From Longimicrobiales bacterium (GTDB lineage: Bacteria > Gemmatimonadota > Gemmatimonadetes > Longimicrobiales > Gaopeijiaceae), in assembly GCA_965218295.1 (NCBI GenBank), contig CBDCKN010000017.1, positions 76,956 through 140,955 of the forward strand: a stretch of DNA of 64,000 bases, given 5' to 3'. The translations under genes were made by a program, and so were the position numbers. Below, in pieces: positions 57,600 through 64,000 of this stretch. A model generated the notes under the pieces. That model ran no database searches, had not been told where the DNA came from, and worked only from the letters and a program-made list of their open reading frames with translations. Within the stretch, counting starts at the first letter, position 1. Each line of letters starts with the position of its first letter.

Positions 57600-59768
57600 C
57601 TAGAACAGCCTCACGAGCTTGAGTCGCAGACTGGCCTGCAGGGGAGCCGGCCCTCCCTCCGGGCCCGCCAGGTTCAAGGCCAATCCTCCTTCCCCACTTC
57701 CCAGCAAGAAGTATGCACCTGAGGACGACCAGAGCCGTCCCTCGGCAAAGAAATCCCCGACCGTGATGACCGTGGGCCTCAACGAGAAGGACCCGACGCC
57801 TTCCGAGAGGGTCTCCACCAGATCGATACCCGGGAACTGCAAGGCCGCCCGCACCGGGAGCTGGCTGTTCCCAGAGAGCTGTCCCTCCACCGCGATCGCC
57901 GCACTCCAGTCCGAAAATAGATCCTCCCAGTCCCGGCCCGTCACCGCCTCCACGTTATCGATTCCGGTCCGCGTGGTCTGGGTCAGGGACGCCAGAACGG
58001 CGTCGCTGCCCGCCTGATCCCTCAGGTAGCGAACGAACAGCCAGCCTGCGCCACGCTCTTCGAGTGTCCCCTGGCCGATGACGACGATCAGGCTCACGTC
58101 GGTCGGATCCGAAAGGAATCGATTCGCTCGTCGCCAATTGCCCGTCTGAAAGTCTTCGGCATCGAGGCTCCCTCGCCTACGCAACTCCTCTCCGACGAGG
58201 TCCTCACTCATCTGGGCAAGCCCCTCGGAGAGCCAGAGCGCGTCGGCACGCTGCCCGCCTCGCTGAATGATCCGCTCGTTGTGGTGGATCATGTGCTGGA
58301 GCTCGTGGGCGAGAATGGCCGGCACGGTGGCCCGGACGAGGTTCAGGCTTTGGACGTTGCCGTACCGCCCCGTGGGGTCGGGAACCATGACGTAGAAGAT
58401 CTCGGCCGCATTGCTGTCTTCGGCCTCGGTGGAGAGATCCAGGCCGAAGAAGAATCCGGCCACGAAGTCGTCGGAGCCCGGTGGGGTCAGTCGATTGACG
58501 CTGGGGGTGAAGAGGATGATGACCTTCTCGTTTCCGTCCACGTCGGAGAGTTGTCCGAAGGCACTCACGTCCACTGTGTGGATCGGATCGTCGAAGACGC
58601 TGCCGAAGCCCTCCACGTCGGCCGGTGGGAGGCTACCGAGGGCTTCGACGTCCACATACAGAAGGGCTCGCTCCGACACCACGCGAACCTCCGCCGTGAC
58701 CTGATCGAACTCGCCGTCGGCCCCCACCACCTTGAAATCCCTCCGGTCTCCCACCTTGGGCGCTCGCGCCGCCGGTGAGAGCACGGGCCGCCCCAAGGAT
58801 GCTCGCTGCTTGGCGAGGAGCTCCTCCTCCAGGGCCCGCAGGAACACCTTCCACTCCTCCCGAATCGTCCGGTCACGAGGCTCGGAAGCGGTCAGCCCTC
58901 CACTCGAAGGAGACACCAGACGGGCTGCCGGTGTTTGCGACGACTGCCGCAGGCCCGTGAGTGCGTAATCGAATCGTGCCGCACCGATGGAGCTCGCAGA
59001 CTGGGCAACGGCCAGCCAGTTCCCCGCCGCCAGGCGGAGGCACGAAGGGCCGTCTCCGATGACGACGGTCGTATCGGCGCCGAAATCCGGATCGAGCGCC
59101 TCACCGGAAGCCTGAACGCCCAGGGAAAGCGCTCCACTCGCTTCGCCTCCCAAACGCACCGACACGTCCACCGTCGTGCTGGGCAGACACGGCGGCACCT
59201 CTACGGAGAGCCGGGTCGGCTCTGCGGCCACGACGGATCCGCGAATCCCCGAGAAGAGCACCACGTTATGAGATGCGATCGCGCTGAAGTTGTCTCCGTC
59301 CAGCGTGATGAGGTCTCCGGCATCCGCGGTGACTGTAGACAGCCCCGTGAGCTGTGGGGGAAGCACGGCCCATGCCTCGAACTCCACGAACCGCTCGGGT
59401 TGGTCTCGAAGCCGAGCCTGTATCAGATAGCGGCCCAGGCCGTTGCCCAAGCGGAGGCGTGCTGTCGCCAGCCCGGTGGAGTCACTCTGGCTGGTCCCGG
59501 GGTCCAACTGCGCGCCGGAGCCCTCTACGACAGTCCACTCCACCACGACGCCCTCCACGGGCCGTCCATCGCCGATCCGCAGAGCCGACACGGTCAGGGG
59601 ATCGATGAGGAACTGACCGGAGGGTCCGAATTGGCCGCTCCCCGACACGGCCACCAGCTCAACTTCCGGCGTGGGCGGCTCGGTAGGACCGTCCTTGGAG
59701 CAGGTCGTGATGCTCAGTGAAGCGAGGAGGGTGACTCCGACGAGGAGCCTGCGCGAAAACGGGTCCAT
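57600..59768 (-). CDS. Lipoprotein with Ig-like/IPT domains and a zinc metallopeptidase (HExxH) domain
   Basis: ITTC lipobox, AGDLITLDGDNFS IPT pattern, AHELQHMIH...WLSEGLA. Confidence 0.7.
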   Translation of the reverse strand: MDPFSRRLLVGVTLLASLSITTCSKDGPTEPPTPEVELVAVSGSGQFGPSGQFLIDPLTVSALRIGDGRPVEGVVVEWTVVEGSGAQLDPGTSQSDSTGLATARLRLGNGLGRYLIQARLRDQPERFVEFEAWAVLPPQLTGLSTVTADAGDLITLDGDNFSAIASHNVVLFSGIRGSVVAAEPTRLSVEVPPCLPSTTVDVSVRLGGEASGALSLGVQASGEALDPDFGADTTVVIGDGPSCLRLAAGNWLAVAQSASSIGAARFDYALTGLRQSSQTPAARLVSPSSGGLTASEPRDRTIREEWKVFLRALEEELLAKQRASLGRPVLSPAARAPKVGDRRDFKVVGADGEFDQVTAEVRVVSERALLYVDVEALGSLPPADVEGFGSVFDDPIHTVDVSAFGQLSDVDGNEKVIILFTPSVNRLTPPGSDDFVAGFFFGLDLSTEAEDSNAAEIFYVMVPDPTGRYGNVQSLNLVRATVPAILAHELQHMIHHNERIIQRGGQRADALWLSEGLAQMSEDLVGEELRRRGSLDAEDFQTGNWRRANRFLSDPTDVSLIVVIGQGTLEERGAGWLFVRYLRDQAGSDAVLASLTQTTRTGIDNVEAVTGRDWEDLFSDWSAAIAVEGQLSGNSQLPVRAALQFPGIDLVETLSEGVGSFSLRPTVITVGDFFAEGRLWSSSGAYFLLGSGEGGLALNLAGPEGGPAPLQASLRLKLVRLF

Positions 59769-60769
59769 CACCGCGGGATGATCGACAAAGCCAGCAACTC
59801 GAGGATCGGGCTCCCGGTCAGGGTCGCGGATCCGGTTCTGACTCGTCCGATGACGCGAATACGCTCCAGAGGGCTCAGGCCCTCGGCCTCCTGGAGCCGC
59901 TCCGGCGGAATCGCCACATAGACGAATACGCCTTCTCCACGCCCAATCCTGGTGAGGAGGAACGGCTCTCCCACGTAGAAGTCCGTTCGGATCTTCTCAG
60001 CCCGTTCTAGAGAGATGAACTGGAGATCCCACTGGAGCACCCGGCCCTGGTACTCGAGGGGTGAGGCAGCGACGTCTTCGATGCTCACGTCGGTGAGGAC
60101 CGCAGTCTCGCCCTCCACGGCCGTACCCTCCGGAAGCCACATCCACCCGTCTAACCTGACCCTCGCCCAGTTTCCCTCTCTCGCGAGGATCCTCAAGTTC
60201 GCCCCGGGCACGGCCGTGGCCAACGTGTCTCCGTCGGGAGTGCTGAGGATGGTCGCCTCGGCCTCTCCACTGCTGGTCCATTGCTCGGTGAGAATGACCT
60301 CCGCCCCCCGAGGGGCATCGCCCGGCGCTGGGCCTTCGAGCTCCACGGACTGGCTCCAGATCCATGCACTTCGGCGCACCCTGACCCAGCCGGGCACCCT
60401 CTCCACCTCTTGCAGGAGGGTCCCTTCCTCCAATCGACCGATGACATCCCCCGACGGAGTAACCCTGATGTTCTCACCGCCCGAGGCCGACACCACAAGG
60501 TCGGAGTCGACGCGGCTGACGACCTGAAGCGATCGGGTCCAGACCCACCCCATCAGCTCGAACTGGAGCCAATCGTCGCCGAGGTCCAGCACCGCAAGGG
60601 CCGCACCGGGGCGGAGTTGGCCCAACAGCGTCCCGTTCGGCTGGGCGCGAAAATTCTCGTCTGCCGTCACGGTTCCGCTCTGTCCGACGAGACCCTGATT
60701 GAAAACCACCGCTAGACAGGCGCCGAGGAAGATCGTAGTGGCCCGCAATCGCTGAAAACCCTCGCTCAT
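59768..60769 (-). CDS. Secreted protein with repeated SH3b-like domains
   Basis: Three modules such as ENFRAQPNG..LG...GDDWLQF..GWVW and REGNWARVRLDGWMW. Confidence 0.65.
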   Translation of the reverse strand: MSEGFQRLRATTIFLGACLAVVFNQGLVGQSGTVTADENFRAQPNGTLLGQLRPGAALAVLDLGDDWLQFELMGWVWTRSLQVVSRVDSDLVVSASGGENIRVTPSGDVIGRLEEGTLLQEVERVPGWVRVRRSAWIWSQSVELEGPAPGDAPRGAEVILTEQWTSSGEAEATILSTPDGDTLATAVPGANLRILAREGNWARVRLDGWMWLPEGTAVEGETAVLTDVSIEDVAASPLEYQGRVLQWDLQFISLERAEKIRTDFYVGEPFLLTRIGRGEGVFVYVAIPPERLQEAEGLSPLERIRVIGRVRTGSATLTGSPILELLALSIIPR

Positions 60770-60911
60770 CTTCCTGAAACGATCCTCGACAGACGGTGTT
60801 GAAAGGGTGATCTTCCGGCCCTCTGGACGACGGCAGACGTCACTTGGACGAATGTGTTCCAACCAGTGACGGTCGTCAAATACCACTAAAACAAACGTCG
60901 AACCAGCTTTC

Positions 60912-61610
60912 ATGCCACACCCGAGAACAATCTACCTCCTGCTCCTAGGAGCGTTTCTGCTCGATTCCGGCCCGGCCACCGCCCAGGACATTCCGTCGTC
61001 CTACAGCTTCGTCGAGAACTCCCAGGAGGGAGGCCTCTTCATCGGAACTGCGAGCCTCAATGCAGGTCAGCTCGGCCTGGGGCCGAAGTCGGCGAACGTC
61101 TTCGGAGGTCGCTATTCCGTCATGTTCGGCAGTGCTCTTGCCTTCGAAGGCGACGCTACTGTCTTCGAGGGCGAGCGGGACGTGATCGACATCCGCCGGA
61201 GCGAGGATGATCGGGTTCTCGGGCAATCCACCATCAACCTCGTCGCCATCGACGCCCGCTTCAGGCTCAACCTGACGGGCCACCGAACCTGGCGGGGCTT
61301 GCAGCCCTTCATCGCCTTCGGGGGTGGGATGGCCTTGGGCGGCAATCTGGAGCGCACCCTGGAGAATGAAGCCGACATGCCGCTCCTCGACCGGTACGAT
61401 TTCGGGAGCAAGTTCTTTGCGACTCTTTCGGGAGGCACGAACCTCCACCTCTCATCTCGCTTCATGCTGCGGCTGGATGGCGTAATGAATCTCTGGAAGA
61501 TCAGCACGCCGACGGGATGGCTCACCACCGACGCCGATCTGGGAGCGATTCCAGAGGACGAATGGGTATCGGCGCGAAACCTCTCCATCGGAGCCAGTTG
61601 GCGCTTCTGA
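60912..61610 (+). CDS. Outer-membrane beta-barrel protein
   Basis: Signal peptide, amphipathic beta strands, QPFIAFGGG, C-terminal Phe (GASWRF). Confidence 0.75.
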   Translation: MPHPRTIYLLLLGAFLLDSGPATAQDIPSSYSFVENSQEGGLFIGTASLNAGQLGLGPKSANVFGGRYSVMFGSALAFEGDATVFEGERDVIDIRRSEDDRVLGQSTINLVAIDARFRLNLTGHRTWRGLQPFIAFGGGMALGGNLERTLENEADMPLLDRYDFGSKFFATLSGGTNLHLSSRFMLRLDGVMNLWKISTPTGWLTTDADLGAIPEDEWVSARNLSIGASWRF

Positions 61611-61611
61611 G

Positions 61612-62925
61612 GTGACAGACTTCGAGTTCAGGGCCGCCGATTGGCTCTCAGTCGGGGAGGCCTTGCAGCGAATCCTGGCTGCGGCCTCACCCCTCGACGT
61701 GGAAGAGGTGCCACTGCGAGACGCCCTTGGGCGCGCTCTGGCGTCGGACATCACCGCCCCTACCCAGCAACCGCCGTGGGAGAGCAGCGCCATGGACGGC
61801 TACGCCGTCCGTGGTGGGGACGTGGCCGGCGCCAACCCCGACGGACCCGTCGAGCTCACCGTAGTAGGTGCGGTGCTTCCGGCCACGCGCTTCGACGGGA
61901 AGGTGGCTCCGGGCCAGGCCGTGCGGATCATGACAGGCGGATCCGTACCCGCCGGCGCGGATACCATCATCCGCGTGGAGGACACCGATCGCGAGCAAGG
62001 GGAGTCGGGTCGGATCGTCATCCTTTCGGACCGTGATCGGGGACGACATGTGCGGCCGGCCGCGGAGGATTGGGGCCGGAGTGACGTTGCACTGAGGGCG
62101 GGCACTGGTATCGGTCCGGGTCAGATGGGCGTTCTCGCCAGTGCCCACGCCGCAAACGTGCCCGTGCACCGGAAGCCGGTCGTGGCCATCCTCGCCAGCG
62201 GTGACGAGCTCCAGGACGTCGAGGTCGCGCCTCCCGGCCCCAACCGAATCCCTGAGAGCAACAGTCATGTCGTGGCCTCTGCCGTCCACCTGGCGGGCGG
62301 TACACCATTGCGACTGGGGATTGCCAAGGACGACCCTGACGACATTCGTGCGTACCTCGAAAAGGCCCGAGAGGCGGATGTTCTGGTGACGCTCGGCGGA
62401 GCGTCGATGGGAGAGGGGGACCTCTTCAAGAGGGTTCTCGACGACGCAGGCTTTCGGTTGGACTTCTGGCGGGTGAAGGTCCGGCCAGGGACCCCGACGA
62501 GCTTCGGCCACCTGCCCCGGGAGGGCGGTCCGGACCAGGTCATCTTCGGCCTACCCGGGAACCCGGCTTCGACCTTCGTGACCTTCGAGATCCTGGTGCG
62601 TCCGTTCCTTCTGGCGCTGGCCGGACACGCACGCGTTCATAGGACCGTGATAACGGCTCGCGCCGGTGATGACCTTCGCGCTCCTGAATCACTCACCGCC
62701 TTCCTGCGAGTGACACTGAGTCACACGGCGAACGTCACTGAAGCCTCCCTCACGGGCCCTCAGGGCTCCGGCCTGGTCAGTAGTCTGGCGACTGCGGACG
62801 GGCTGGCGGTGGTCCCGGAAGGGGTCCAAACCGTCGCCGAGGGCTCGCCCGTCGACGTCATCCTCCTCGACGACACCCCCGGGCTCTCCACCGGAACCCC
62901 CTGGCTCGGGCCGGCCCGGCCGTGA
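61612..62925 (+). CDS. moeA: Molybdopterin molybdotransferase
   Basis: SAMDGYAV, RIMTGG.VP.GAD, SGDEL, GGASMG, GLPGNP. Confidence 0.97.
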   Translation: MTDFEFRAADWLSVGEALQRILAAASPLDVEEVPLRDALGRALASDITAPTQQPPWESSAMDGYAVRGGDVAGANPDGPVELTVVGAVLPATRFDGKVAPGQAVRIMTGGSVPAGADTIIRVEDTDREQGESGRIVILSDRDRGRHVRPAAEDWGRSDVALRAGTGIGPGQMGVLASAHAANVPVHRKPVVAILASGDELQDVEVAPPGPNRIPESNSHVVASAVHLAGGTPLRLGIAKDDPDDIRAYLEKAREADVLVTLGGASMGEGDLFKRVLDDAGFRLDFWRVKVRPGTPTSFGHLPREGGPDQVIFGLPGNPASTFVTFEILVRPFLLALAGHARVHRTVITARAGDDLRAPESLTAFLRVTLSHTANVTEASLTGPQGSGLVSSLATADGLAVVPEGVQTVAEGSPVDVILLDDTPGLSTGTPWLGPARP

Positions 62926-63377
62926 GATCGCGGGTCGCCGCCCGAGCGTCCGCACTCCTCTGCCTGGTCGGTGCGGCCGCCTGCAGCGTCTCGCGTTGGC
63001 CGGTTGAGGGACCCCTCGGGGCCCCCTTCGGCGTGCGCTGGGACGGCGCTCTCCCCGATCTCCATCGAGGCGTCGACATCCTGGTGCCGACCGGGACGCC
63101 GGTGGCCGCGATGTCCGACGGAAGGGTCCGCTTCGCCGGAACCATGGAGGCCTTCGGTGTCGTGGTCTGGCTCGACCACGGCGACGACGTCCTGACCGTC
63201 TACGCCCACCTCTCCGAGCTTCGGGTCGAGACCGGGGGGCAGTTGGCCAAAGGCGAGATCATCGGGCTGAGCGGAAGCTCGGGAAACGCCACCGGACCAC
63301 ATCTCCACTTCGAGATTTGGCGACGCGGGGTGCAGATCGACCCCGTGGCCATGCTGGGCGGCCCTCCAGGGCCGTGA
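62922..63377 (+). CDS. M23 family metallopeptidase, probable lipoprotein
   Basis: HRGVD, YAHL, TGPHLHFE; AAAC lipobox. Confidence 0.92.
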   Translation: MRSRVAARASALLCLVGAAACSVSRWPVEGPLGAPFGVRWDGALPDLHRGVDILVPTGTPVAAMSDGRVRFAGTMEAFGVVVWLDHGDDVLTVYAHLSELRVETGGQLAKGEIIGLSGSSGNATGPHLHFEIWRRGVQIDPVAMLGGPPGP

Positions 63378-63397
63378 CACGACGCCTATCGGTGACC

Positions 63398-63490
63398 TAG
63401 TGTCCCGTTACCAAAGTGTCTCGGCCAGTCGAAGGCACGGTGTATCCCCGGCCCTCTTGGTGGCTCGCGAACTTCGGAAACGGAACACTA
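63398..63490. mobile_element. MITE family B, short copy (93 bp)
   Basis: TAGTGTCCCGTTACCAAAGT...ACTTCGGAAACGGAACACTA; its reverse complement matches both ends of 14844-15027, lacking about 90 internal bp. Confidence 0.85.
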
Positions 63491-64000
63491 TCCTTCTGCC
63501 CGCAGGGCCGCGATCTCCTGAGCGAGTCGCGGCAACACCTCGAAGACGTCGCCCACGATGCCGTAGTCGGCCACCCCGAAGATCGGGGCATCGGCGTCCT
63601 TGTTCACCGCCACGATGGTTTGAGCCGTCCTCATCCCGGCCAGGTGCTGAATGGCCCCCGATATGCCGACGGCGAAGTAGAGCATTGGAGCCACGGTCTT
63701 TCCTGTCTGGCCCACCTGCTCCGAGTGGGGCCTCCAGCCCGCATCCACGACCGCTCGGGACGCGCCCAAGGCGGTCCCGGGACCGAGAGCGTCGCGAAGG
63801 TCCTCCAGGAGCGACCAATGCTCCGGATCCTTCATTCCGCGACCCCCGGAGACGATGACGCTCGCCTCGGACACGTCTACCGATCCAGCCTCGGCGGACT
63901 CAAACTCCACCGTGCGCATTCCAACATCCGCCGGGATGGTCGGGCTCAAGGTCTCTACCGCGCCGGCTGCCCTGATCTCCTCGGCACCGAACGAGTTGGG
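63488..64000 (-). CDS. etfA: Electron transfer flavoprotein alpha subunit (5' part beyond window)
   Basis: [46 protein letters not shown]. Confidence 0.96.
   Translation of the reverse strand, partial: PNSFGAEEIRAAGAVETLSPTIPADVGMRTVEFESAEAGSVDVSEASVIVSGGRGMKDPEHWSLLEDLRDALGPGTALGASRAVVDAGWRPHSEQVGQTGKTVAPMLYFAVGISGAIQHLAGMRTAQTIVAVNKDADAPIFGVADYGIVGDVFEVLPRLAQEIAALRAEG

Overview
GC-rich bacterial chromosomal window. Gene content and protein style suggest Gemmatimonadota, possibly Longimicrobiales (inference, not a database match). Most of it is housekeeping: maf, dtd, glmS, glmM, purD, mutM, ubiE/menG, mrp, nifU-like, pruA, lepA, mfd, two parvulin PPIases, pdxA, ftsEX-envC, holB, moaC, guaB, acs, fur, dacB, moeA and etfA. 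There is an ECF sigma/double-zinc-finger anti-sigma envelope-stress operon with four SigW-like promoters in the window. Two MITE families are present (one full copy plus three end remnants; two related copies), usually abutting stop codons. Four genes are broken: an M16 peptidase, wzc, an FAD oxidase and an AraC-like regulator. The most interesting locus is 52.7-55.6 kb. A 58-aa lipoprotein ends in three identical HNPGSNG heptapeptides encoded by synonymously diverged codons. It is convergent with a GAF-like+TPR protein and divergent from an AraC-like regulator, with operator-like repeats between them. This is a candidate RRNPP-like peptide signalling system outside the Firmicutes. No rRNA, tRNA or CRISPR array was seen.
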